Positions 24,193 to 39,064 of a stretch of 64,000 nucleotides of DNA are shown here, in pieces. Positions within the stretch are counted from its first letter, which is position 1; the number at the start of each line of letters is the position of its first letter. A program made the translations under genes and the position numbers. Under the pieces are notes generated by a model that was not told the origin of the DNA, ran no database searches, and saw only the letters and a program-made list of their open reading frames with translations. This stretch comes from Antechinus flavipes (lineage: Eukaryota): contig NC_067398.1 of assembly GCF_016432865.1 (NCBI RefSeq), positions 81,282,001 to 81,346,000 of the forward strand, written 5' to 3'.

Positions 24193-24772
24193 GAGATCAG
24201 ATCCTCTCGTTGCTTGTCCTTGTCTCGGCAGCTCAGACGTCGTTACTTTGACCAGATCCCTTCCTTATTCTACCCCCCTTTCCGGTCCAGCAGATGGCCT
24301 TGTGACCTTTGTCCTTCGGGGCAGATGGAGTGTGGACTTGCGTTCCATCCCACCCCCTCAAGGTCCCAAGAGGCTCAGTTGGGTGCAGGGAGCTCAGAGC
24401 ACCCAGGATGATCCGCTTACCTTGAAGGGAATTTGCTTCATGGGGTGGGGCAGCCCTATATACCCAAGGGTTACTTGCCCCCCTTACCTCCTGCTCTGTC
24501 TCTGTGGGGGACCCTCTGTGTGGGGACACACTTCATTCAGAGAGTCCTAATGTACAGTGCAGAGGACACCAGATTTAGTGTTAGAAAGCCGGTTCCAGGC
24601 TCCCAGACTTACTGGCCCATCCGTGACCTGATCAGCTGATCCTATTTCATCATCTGTAAAATAAGAATAATAATTCATTTGCTACTTATTTTGCTGATGT
24701 TTTAAGGAAAACAATTTGAAAATCTTCGAAGGCTTTTTTTTAAACCAAACCAGTCATTTTATTGATCTAGAA

Positions 24773-24955
24773 CAGGGCTTCTTAAACTTTTTCCATGCTG
24801 TACCCCTTTTTGGCTATGAATTTTTTACATGACTCCATATATATATATATGGCATAAAATCAGATATTTATTGATAATAAATCTTAATTTGGTGATTCCC
24901 TTATTCAGTTATGAGGCCTCATTTGGGGTCATGAATCACAATTTAAGGAAGTGGG
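24773..24955 (+). mobile_element. Non-autonomous hAT/Charlie-type DNA transposon
   Basis: Starts cagggcttcttaaac and ends tttaaggaagtggg, with an 8-bp TSD-like pair atctagaa / atctggga (Charlie NTCTAGAN target preference). Confidence 0.65.
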
Positions 24956-25549
24956 ATCTGGGAAGCTCCCAGTGAGCATATCTTTGGTAGAGAGACTTCT
25001 ACCAAGGAGGAGCACCTATCTCAGCAGGATTATTGTTGGGATCAAATGAGAATATTTGTAAAAAGTGCTTAGCCCAGTATGTGTGGGTCCTATAGAAATG
25101 ACGGTTCCTTTCTCCCCTTCCCTTCCAACAGCAGGTAACAACATTACTCGCTCCCTCAGTCTGATTCTTAGAATTGTCTGGGGGGGAAGGCCTTAAACTT
25201 AAGTCATTTCCCCGGCAGTCTCTGGACCAGGGTTTGGACCCAGGCCTTCCTGGCCTGGAGGCCCCTCCCAGTACCAAGTTGGCGTTTTAAATATTTATTA
25301 ATATTGATAGTGAGAAAGGGGGTGTCAGAGAAACTGAGGCCAATGAGACTTCTCCCGATTAGCCCCCGGGGGAGTAAGGGGAACAGCCCCTTCTCCCTTT
25401 TGTCCTCCCCTCCCCTCCCCCCCCCCCCCCCCACTAGGTGCTCCAGCAGACTCCTGAGGGACTTTGGGCCACAGGGATTCAGAGGCAGAAAACGTCCTGG
25501 CCTGGGCCTGAGGAAGTTCTGGGGGGGGGGGGTCCCTCCCCCCTCACAC

Positions 25550-26189
25550 CCCCACACCCCAGCCCACGCCCAGACAGGGAGACCAGAGAGATTCCTTAGA
25601 AATCCTCTAGTCCCCGTCCTTCATTCAGAGGCTGAGGGGGCTGCGGGAGAGGAGAGATGGGAAAGGGAAGCGGCGACCCCCGGGAGGCAGAGGCTGGGAG
25701 CGGGGGCAGAGGGAGGCCGGAGGAGGATGGGAGCCCGCAGGGGCAGGGAGCGGGCCCGGAGGGAAGCAGGTGGGTGCGAGGGGGGGCGCCGAGCATCCCG
25801 TGCCAGCCCGGTCGGTGCATCCCCGGGGAGGGGGCAGCCCTGGCTTCCCTGGCATCTGGGCTGGGCTGGAGCTCGGGGCTGCGGCATTGTTGGGGCCCTG
25901 GCGCCTTTATCTGCTGTAATCGGATCCCAGAGGGAGGGGAGGGGGTTGGGGGAGGGGAGGGGCTGGCGGCGGGCGGGCAGGCCGAGGGGAGGGAGGGAAG
26001 GGAGGGAGGCTGGGCGAGGGGGGGGGCACACATATTCCCGTGCTCCTGGCCCGGCTCGGGCTCGCCTGTCAAACACTTCATTGTTCGCAGCTGATGTCAC
26101 TAGCAGTTGTGAGCGGCCGCCTCTCCCGGGGACAATGTGGCACTGAGCGGCCCAGCCACCCCCCCAGCGCTGCAGGACAGACCCCAGAG
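25550..26189 (+). promoter_or_regulatory. PCBP4 promoter CpG island and probable non-coding exon 1 (ends 26189)
   Basis: Very GC/CpG-rich. An island of lower GC (cttcattgttcgcagctgatgtcactagc) carries SOX-like, E-box and CRE-like words. Donor GAG|GTACCG at 26189/26190. Confidence 0.65.
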
Positions 26190-26200
26190 GTACCGGCAGG

Positions 26201-26250
26201 CTGGGCTGGGCTGGGCTGGGCTGGGCTGGGCCGGGCCGGGCCGGGCCGGG
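26201..26250 (+). repeat. (CTGGG)6(CCGGG)4 pentamer run
   Basis: Ten regularly spaced GGG tracts, read directly from the sequence. Confidence 0.95.
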
Positions 26251-29200
26251 AGGGGGAAGGGGCAGGGACCCTGCCTGGGGAGGAGAGGGACTGCACCCTG
26301 GGCCGGACAGGCGGGCAGGGGGCACAGCAGACGCCCGGCCCTGCCGGGGACCGGGAGAGACCCTCCTCCCAGCAGGTGACTCCAGGGCCCCAGCAGGCAG
26401 GGGCGTCAACCACAGACCCAAGCCGGGCCCCGGGGAAAGTTGGGAAGGGGGTGGGGGCCTTTCCTAGGGGGCTCAGATTTCTGGGGTGGGGGCCGGGGAG
26501 GGAAGAGGCCGCAGTGCTGGACCCGGGGCTGCAGGGAACACACCCTGCTGGCCCCCGAGGGACAGGGTAGAAGCAAGGACGCTTGCGCAGGCGGGGCCGG
26601 GCTGGGGGGCAGGGAGGGGTGGGTCCGGCCGGCCAGGGGCTGGTTTGGTTGCTGTCCAGGGCCCTGCACCCACCCCCCACCCCGGGTCCTTGCAGTGAAT
26701 GCCCCCCCACCCCCAGCTTTCTCCACTCCAGCTTCCCCATCCCACTCCCCCAGCCCCAGCTCTGCCTCAGCCGGACACCCAGACACCTGTAATACTCAGG
26801 GCCAAGCTCCTCCACCCAGGCCCCCGACCCCCACGCCCACATTCTCAGGCTGCCTGACCCTAAACAAGGCCTCCCAACCCCCAGACCACCCACTTCTTCA
26901 TCCAGGGCCCTGCCCCCTAACTTCAGCCTTTTCCGGCCCAGCCTCGTTGCCAGCCCAGACCCCATTTGTTCAGCTTCCAGCCGTGAATGGCTCAGGTACC
27001 CCGCTTTCCACAGCCAAGCGGCTCCAATCTCTGGGATCCTGGCTCCCAACTTGAGACAGGGATGGAGACCGGAGTCCTGGGCAGCTTCCCCTGCTGTCCT
27101 CCCCATGCCCGGAGCCAGAGCCTTCAGGGCCCCAGCACCCACGGGACCACCGGCCGGAGCCAGGGCGGGGAGGTGCCCACTGCCCGCCGCGCTCTGACCA
27201 CCATCTCATGACCTTTGGCATTTCAGGGTCTGCCTCCCTCTGTCCCTTCCCTGCATCCCCCCCGAGGGCAGCGGCATTCAGAAGGGGGAACACTGGGTTC
27301 TGGGAACCCAGAAATCGAGGACCTTGACCCTCTGCAACCTCCTTTCCTAACCCTCCTGGCTTGGCAACTCCACCCTGTCCTTATGCGCAGTCAGGCTGCC
27401 CCAGCTCTTCTTCCCTAAGTACCCACCAGCTCCCTCCCTCCTCGAGACCCCTCCCCACCCAGGGGCCTACTTCTCTTTCTCTCAAGGAATGTCCTCCTCG
27501 AGGGCCCAGCTTCCATCCTGCCCAGTGTGGTGGGTCTCTTCTCCCAGGCTCCCCCACCAAGGGATAGCCCCTCCAGGGTCCTGGCTGCCCATGTCCTTGC
27601 TCCCCTCCCCCAGGAGCCCCCCTTCATCAGCATGCAGAGCTGGATGGCCCAAACACAAGGGGATTGTTCTCTCTGGTGGCTCAGAGAGGGGGGCCGGGTG
27701 GGGGGACGCCCACAGCCCACACACCCCAGCCAGGCCCAGGCCAAGGCAGAGGGAGGGATGGAGGCAGGCAGCGTGTGCTGAGACCCAGCCCTTCTGCCCC
27801 CTAGCTCAGGGGCTGCCCCTTCCTCCAGCGTTCGATCCCTTCCCACTCGGTCCCACTGGCTCTAGGTTAGTACAAGATACTCGGGTTGTCTGAGATTGGA
27901 GTTCTAGTTCTGGCTCCGACCCTGACCTTGAACAAGTCATGGATCTGTTTGTTTGTAAAATGGGGAAGGGGGTGAGGACCCGGGGGTCGGTGCTGGGCAG
28001 TGGATGGGCCCCTTTCCTGCCGGCCGACGCCTGCTCCGTCCCCTCCCCTGCCTCTCCCTCTCCCCGTAGTCTGTCCACCTCCTGCCCGTGACTCAGTGGA
28101 TATTCCCAAAGTAAGAGGTCGGCGGCCTCTCCGTCCCTGCCAGATCCTGGGCCGTTCAGTTGTTGCTCCCCCGCTTTTGTGTCCCCTCGAGAGGAGGCGG
28201 CTGGGAAAAGGGGTTGGGACCCAGACACCCACAAAGCGGCCCAGAGGTCGGTGACCAGGCTTTGGTCTCCTCTCAGATCTTGGGAGAGTGGGAAGGAATA
28301 ATCCAGGGATTGTGAGGTTAATCCCCTAAAGAGCTTGAAGCATCCCCAGGTGCCCTGGGCCTCTCTGCCCTGAGCCGGCATCCGTCCCATCGAGCGGGTC
28401 CTGAGACCCCGAGCTGAGAGGCCGAGGCAAGTGTCTGACGGGCTCCCCCAACCTCCGGGGTTCCCGGCCGGCCCGACCGCTGGGGTTCAGCTGGAACATT
28501 CGTTTCTGGGAGAGTGTGGCTTCCAAACAGCCTCCAAAATACCTGAATGTGGGATAAAGGGATCAGAGGTCGGAGCTGGAAGAGACCGCAGAGGTCATAT
28601 CATCCAACTCCCCTCCCCCCATTTGGCTAATGAGGAAACCGAGGCAAAGTGTTTACTTTTGTTTGCCCAAGGTCACACAGGGAGTGAGTGAGAGCTGGGG
28701 TCAGAATTAGAACTCAGGCCCGCTTAATTTTAGGTCTTTCTCCAACCCCACTGTCTCCTGTAAAAGCAGTCGTGGATTTGGGGTGTATGAATCCTGGGTT
28801 GTGTCCACGGAACACTGTACATTTAGATCTCTGAATATCGAGGGGGAACTTTGTTCTTTCGCCTTGTCCACCGCTAAGCGTCTTTTAGAAAGGTTATCCT
28901 TTTGATGAGCAACTAGGGCTGGTTAAAAGAAATTTTGGTTGCAGAGAAAAAACGGGAGGGAGAGGCCAGAAATAACTAATAACAGCTAATTTATAGAATT
29001 GTCTCAGCTACGCCGATACCCAAAAAATATTTTTTTCAAAGAATCCAAGGGACTAACAAAGGAGGGTGTGCGCCAAAAGGGGACTTGAAAGGGATCAGCC
29101 CTCCTCTTTCCTCCCTTCCCCTCTCTCCCCAAATCCAAGGGACTTGCTCTGACTCTTTCTCCCTTGTTCCCTGGGGCTTCCATGTGCCTAGCAGATGGCT

Positions 29201-32200
29201 CGAGGGCACAGCCTCTTACCTCAGCCCTCAGTCTGGTCCCTGACAGAGGGGCTGCTTAAGCGTGGCCCTGGCTAGGAGACCCGTGCAGGAGGGGATGCTG
29301 AGCAAGAGCTGGGGGAAATCACTCCAATCTAGGACAGCCCGACTCCAAAGCCGTGGCCAACAGGCCGTCCCTAGGGCTGGTGAGGGATGTGTAGCTGGCA
29401 AAAAAGGAGTTAGGGCGATGGAGCCTAAGGAGGGAGTGGGGGGAAGAGCTACCTCCAGGATGGGCCTGAGCCCTGCAGCCAAGCCCAGGAACCCACCCCC
29501 ACTCCCAGCCACTTCCGTCCTCCTCCTGGAGTCCACACTGGAGTAAGGGGGAGGGAATCCCTCCATGGGCAGTTTAGAGTCAACCCACTCCCACTCCCTC
29601 CCTGGCCCCCAGAGCCTTCTTCCCTCCCCTCCCCACCCCACCCCCACTGGATTGTTCTGCCCTAGAACAAAGCTTGGGTGGACACTCGATCTGAGGGGGA
29701 GGGGGCTAGCTAAGCCCCCAGCCCTTCACTGGGGCAGCTGTCACAGGATGGAGACAGCTGGAGGGGGGAGGGGTAGGAAAGTGAAGGGAGGGGAGAGAGG
29801 GGGGTCAGGCTGCTTACACAGCTGTCACCCCTGTGCCCCATCCGGCAGCGTGGGTGAGGGGTGGGAGTGGGAGAAGACTATAGGAACGGGGCACTGGGGC
29901 CTTGGGATGGACCCCTGGGAGCTGGATCCCTGGGGTCGGGGACTCATTTGGAGAATTCCCTAGAAAAGTAAAGGGGGGGAGCTCGATAAGAGGTCTTTTG
30001 CTGACAGGAGAGCTATAAAGAGGGAGCTGTGCCCCCCAAACCCCCAGAGGTGAGGATGAGGTCAGTCTGTCCTGACGCGTGGCAGCCACATGGCCCTGGG
30101 CAGGGGCCCAACGCCCACTGTCACCCTGCCCGACCTGGCCAGAGCAATAAATAACAGCAGAAAGCCAGTCCTGGAATGACTGATAAGCAGTGGGCTCCTG
30201 AGGAGGCTGGTCCCTGACTGGGTTCAGAAGAACCTTGCCAAGCAGGAGACAGAGGCTTTGGGGACCCCACCTCTAGTCTTCCTAGAGGGGTCTCACCCTA
30301 AGCATCAGAGATGAAGAAGATCCTAAAGCCCCCCTGGTCTGGATTCCTCTTTTTATAGATGAGGCCATTGTCCCGAGAAGGGCAGGGACAGAACTGGGGG
30401 AGCGAGAGCCGGCTCTCCCCTTGGTATCCTCTCCCTGTGCTTTCTCTGCCCTTGCAGAGGGGGCAGAGAAGATGGGTTGTTGCTTGCTGCCCGCAGGGGC
30501 TGCAGCCTATGAAGGGACAGACAGGTGCTTCTAGATGAAATAGCGGTGAGCACGGGGACCTGCACCCCCACCGCTGAGTCGGGGCTATAATGGAGACGCC
30601 CCACAGTGGAGGTAGCACGAACCCCCCACTCTCTGCATGTATTTAAGGGCTCGTGTGGCAAGGACGCTGTCTGCCTGGCTAGAGAAAGGCCCGGGACTCG
30701 GTCTCCCCAGAGTCAGGGCCCTCTGTCTCCCCACCACACCTGCGAACTGGGAGCCCCTCATTTGTGCCCAGCCCACCGGGCCCCAGGCTGCTGTCAGCTT
30801 TGGGCTGGTTGGTTTGCTTCAGGGGGCGGGGGATTGGCCATGCAAACTGGGCAAGGATTTCCAAGCAGGATTAAGGCCTGAGATTAAAACTGGTGTGGGG
30901 GGAAAGGGGCCAAGAGCTGGGAGGGGAGGGGCAGGTGGCAGGGAGGGGCTCAGAGCCTGGGGTTTAATCCCAGCCTTATGCTCAGCTCCACCTTCTTCAG
31001 GGGGGTCCCCGCTAATAACATTAACAGCCCCTGACACGTGTATGGCGCCTCTTGCCCCTCCCTCAAAGCACTTTCCTATCTCAAATGAACTCGTCATTGC
31101 TGGTGGGCCCAAAGAAGCGTCAGGGGGCTTTTCAGTGCTGTGGACACTGCGCTAGGGCCCAAGGAGGGACCAGGCAGCCCCTGCCTTCAGGGAGCGAGCC
31201 TTCTGACCCTCCACTGAGCACAATGAGAGACCTACAGAACTGGGGACCCAAGGCCCTGACTCCAAGAGTTTGACCGAGGAAGAAAATGGAGCTGTCCAGG
31301 GTCACGCTTCTAGGGAGGACCGGAAACCAGTGACTGGCTAGAGAGGGAGCGGGCCCTCCGGTGATTCCCTAGACCCCGGGAGTTACGGGTCTTGCCCAGG
31401 GTCACCCCGCCATTGCCAGAACCCAGCCCTGGCTGGCTCGAAGTCCGCCCGGCTGCCTGGCTGGCCCAGTGAGACACTATACTGTTTCATAATTAGGCAG
31501 GACACAGGTTTCCTCCTCCACCAGCATTAATTAAAAGAACAGCCCTAGGCTGGAAATCCAGAAAAGTGGATTCTAGAACAACAGACACTGCCCTGGGGGA
31601 GGCCGAGGAGGACTGGAGTTCACAGTTGGGGAGGACCAAGCCCGGAGTTAGTTGTATCCCCTAGTGCTCACAAGGCTGGCGAGCGGAGGCTTCCCGGAGA
31701 AGGTGGACTCTGAGTTGTGTTCTAGGGCGAGGGAGCCAGAGAAGGGGGTGGGAAGGGACCACTGACAGCAGGCATGGAGGCAAGGAATCTGAGGGATAAG
31801 GAGGAAACCAGACGGCTGGAGCTGAGGGTGGGGTGGGGGATGAAGCTGGAGCCATATCTGAAAGGGTCTCCCACAGGCCGGGCTGAGACTACCCCGTGAG
31901 CTGGGCAGGAGCTGGTGGGAGGTGCCCGGGCCGTCCTGCCCTCGGAGGGCAGGCTAGGGCACCTGTCCCTGGGGGACGGACAAAGCCCTCCCTGCCTCCT
32001 CAGCTGCGGGCATTAGGCGTCACCAGGAGGTGGTGGTGCCATCCCTCTGCCTGCTGTATGGGTAATAAGTATAACGGAAGAATCACATTTGCATGGCGCT
32101 TGGTGGCTGACAAAGCCCGGCTTTATCTCCTCTCCTTTCATGCTCACAAACTCCCTGGGAAGGCTTTGAGAGAGGTAAGGCTCAGAGAAGGGAACAGGCT

Positions 32201-32213
32201 GAAACCCGCTGTC

Positions 32214-32590
32214 CTGGGCCCCCTCCCCAGGCCGGGCCCCTTCCCCAGGCTGGGCCCCCTCCCCAGGCGGGCCCCTTCCCCAGGCTGGCCCCTTCTCCAG
32301 GCTGGCCCCTTCTCCAGGCTGGGCCCCATCTCCAGGCTGGGCCCCTTCCCCAGGCTGGGCCCCTTCTCCAGGCTGGGCCCCCTCTCCAGGCTGGGCCCCA
32401 TCTCCAGGCTGGGCCCTTCTCCAGGCTGGGCCCCCTCCCCAGACTGGGCCCCCTCCCCAGACTGGGCCCCTTCCCCAGGCTGGCCCCTTCCCTGGCTGGG
32501 CCCCCTCCCCAGGCTGGGCCCCCTCTCCAGGCTGGGCCCCTTCCCCAGGCTGGGCCCCCTCCCCAGGCTGGGCCCCTTCCCGGGCCGGGC
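32214..32590 (+). repeat. 18-bp minisatellite, about 21 copies, consensus CCCC(T/C)T(C/T)CCAGGCTGGG
   Basis: Units are directly visible; the array also explains the (PGEGAQ)n translation in the ORF track. Confidence 0.97.
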
Positions 32591-32600
32591 TCGGTCCTGA

Positions 32601-36615
<4,015 letters not shown>

Positions 36616-37259
36616 AGCGGGGAGGGAGCCGGAGCCAGGGAGTGACACCGCGGGGCGGGGAACGGCTCTGACTCCGGCTCCTCCGGGGCCCCATTCTGCT
36701 TATCCCGACACCCCCCCCCCCCAGGGGCCAAGGCAGACGATTCCCTAGCAATGTCGACACCCATACGCATGGATTTTAGGGCCCCGGGCGCCGCGCGCGT
36801 CCGCCCAGGATTCTATCTCAGGCCACGGCGTGGGGGAGGTGCTGACCCAAGTCTAGGAAGCCCGCGGGAGAGGGAGGAGATGGCAGCGGCGGCCGTGTAG
36901 CCCCCAACCACCTGCCCCCTTCCCCTCCCCGGGCCCTGCCCCTCCTGACTGGGATACAGGCAATCCCAGGGGAGGGAAGAGCCTCCAGTGCCTCCCTCTC
37001 CGAGGGGCTCCCTCACGCAGGCCCCCCACATCCGGCCGGGGAGGAGTCCCAAGGAGGCTCCCCCGGGTCCCACCCACATCGGGCTCCTGCTGCTTGAGCA
37101 ACATTCTCTTGACTGGAACAGGCTGGCTGGGCAGGGGCATAGCAGGGGGGGGTAGGGGCCAGGATTGGGGGGCACTGCCAGGCAGCTGGGGGTGGGGATG
37201 GGGGGGGCAGGCGCTCTCAGCAGCCGAGACTCTGTACAGTTTTTTCAATCCAGTTTTTG

Positions 37260-37265
37260 AATAAA
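37260..37265 (+). terminator. Polyadenylation signal of PCBP4
   Basis: AATAAA in the only AT-rich patch of the 3'UTR, about 645 nt after the stop. Confidence 0.8.
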
Positions 37266-37966
37266 TATTCTCAGTGACCTGCATGTCTCCAGTTTGATTG
37301 GGGGAAAGGGAGAGGAGGGGGCTAAGGGAGGGGCGGGCAGAAGTCATCTTCTGAGCACATGTCCCGGGTGCTTCTGCTGGTTTCGGGGCTCGCTGTGTCT
37401 GCCCCCTCTCACTGAGACGGCCCCACCCCAGCCCTGGAGGATTTCTGAGCCCGCAGTCTTGGCTCTGGCTCTGAGCCCCATCCGGTCCGGCCTGGCTTTG
37501 TATATTTCTCCCAGGCATTGATCCTCTCCTTGCCAGGGATTCAAGGTCACCCCGTCCGGGCTCCTGTGCCAGGACGGTGACCCCTTCCTGGAACCCGCTG
37601 GAACCAATGCCAGCGCAGAGGAGGTTCCCCCAGACTCCTTAGCTCCCTGAGGTGGTCCATCGGGAAAACAGGTGTGTGGGGGTCTGGGCAGGGAAGGATG
37701 GCGCAGAGGGGTCCCCACTGCTAGCTTAGGAGGCCTCGGGGGAGACCCTAAGGACCCCAGGTGGGACACGGCCTCCCCCGAGGGGCGGGGGGGTCAGGGA
37801 GGCCCACGGGCAGACATACTCAGGCAGGGGCAGAGGCCACCTGGGGGCCAGGAGGCTCGGGATGGACACGGCACAAGCCCACCCCAAGGGAGAGAGTGTG
37901 TGGCTGGCTGCCCTCTCCCTGGTACCTCAGGCTTCCTCCCCCCTCCTCCCCTCCCGGTCTCCTTGT

Positions 37967-39064
37967 TCAGGTGCTCTCTCCCTGGTCCAGGCCGGGCCCC
38001 TCTGCAGCCATTGGGTTTGCTTCCTGGCCAGCAGAAGGGTCCAGGGCTGGGCTCTCGGGGTCTCCCCGGAGGAGCCTCAGGAAGCTCTGGGGGAGCCAGG
38101 CCCGCGGCGGGCAGTGCCAGGGTCCCGGGAGCGCTCGGAGCCAGGCCCGGGCCAGACGGCTCAGCTCCTCGCGCACGGGCCGCTGCAGGAGGCCGTAGAG
38201 GAAAGGGTGGGCGGCGAAGGAGGAGTAGGCCAGCCAGGTGAGAGCCACCTCCACCCCTACGCTCCAGCGCCCGGGGAGCAGACACGCGGCAAAGAAGGGC
38301 AGCCAGCAGCCCAGGAACTGGCCCACCACCAGGGCCAGCGTCAGGGCCGCCTTGCCCCCCACCAGCTGGGGGCCGGCCAGCCGGGGGGGCAGGATGGACA
38401 GGTGGCTGTCCAGGGAGTCGCAGCGGGGCCGCGGGCCGGGGGCGGGGGGCGGGGGGCGAAGGGCTGCCAGCCGGGCCACGCGGAAGATGCTTCCGTAGGA
38501 GACGAGGAGCAGCAGAGCGGGCAGCGCGAACGCGAGGATGGCCCAGAGGGGCCGGAAGGGCCCCGGGGGGCCGGCCACCAGGGAGCAGTTTGGAGAAGGC
38601 CGGCCCAGCAGGGAGAGCCCCCCCAGGAGGCCGGACACCCCCCACACGACCCCCAGCACCAGGAGGGGCGGGGGCCGGGGCCGGGGCCGCAGGGGGTGCA
38701 GGATGTAGCGGTAGCGCTCCAGGCCCAGGGCGGCCAGCGTCAGGGTGCAGGCCGACACCAGGGTGGCGGTGACGAAGCGTGCGGCCCGGCACTGGCCCCG
38801 GCTCAGGTACACCGTGCCCAGCCCCGGGGGCGCCGCCAGCAAGCCCAGGGGCATCACAGACACCGCGGCCAGGAGGTCCACCAGGCACAGGTGGGCGAGG
38901 TAGACGGCCTTCCGCAGGGCGGGCGTGCGGAGGACAACGGCCAGCACGGTGCCGTTGGCCAGAAGGGTCACCACCTCCAGGAAGGCAGCCGGGATGAGTC
39001 CCACCAGAGGGGAGGAGGGGGACCCCGCCCCCAGCGTCTCATTGGGCTCCGTCCCGTTGGCCAT
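37967..39064 (-). CDS. GPR62: Orphan class A GPCR GPR62, 365 aa, intronless CDS
   Basis: Starts MANGTEPNET (N-glycosylation sequons) and has seven hydrophobic segments, HLCLVDLL (TM2), LERY (TM3), CWLP (TM6) and HPFLY (TM7). Synteny between PCBP4 and PARP3 fits. The track ORF starts 40 codons earlier at a GTG. Confidence 0.95.
   Translation of the reverse strand: MANGTEPNETLGAGSPSSPLVGLIPAAFLEVVTLLANGTVLAVVLRTPALRKAVYLAHLCLVDLLAAVSVMPLGLLAAPPGLGTVYLSRGQCRAARFVTATLVSACTLTLAALGLERYRYILHPLRPRPRPPPLLVLGVVWGVSGLLGGLSLLGRPSPNCSLVAGPPGPFRPLWAILAFALPALLLLVSYGSIFRVARLAALRPPPPAPGPRPRCDSLDSHLSILPPRLAGPQLVGGKAALTLALVVGQFLGCWLPFFAACLLPGRWSVGVEVALTWLAYSSFAAHPFLYGLLQRPVREELSRLARAWLRALPGPWHCPPRAWLPQSFLRLLRGDPESPALDPSAGQEANPMAAEGPGLDQGEST

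Noticed and set aside
32214-32590. CRISPR-like array interpretation of the tandem repeats (also 41733-42065 and 55922-59250)
   Set aside because: The DNA is eukaryotic, the units are head-to-tail without unique spacers, and there are no cas genes.
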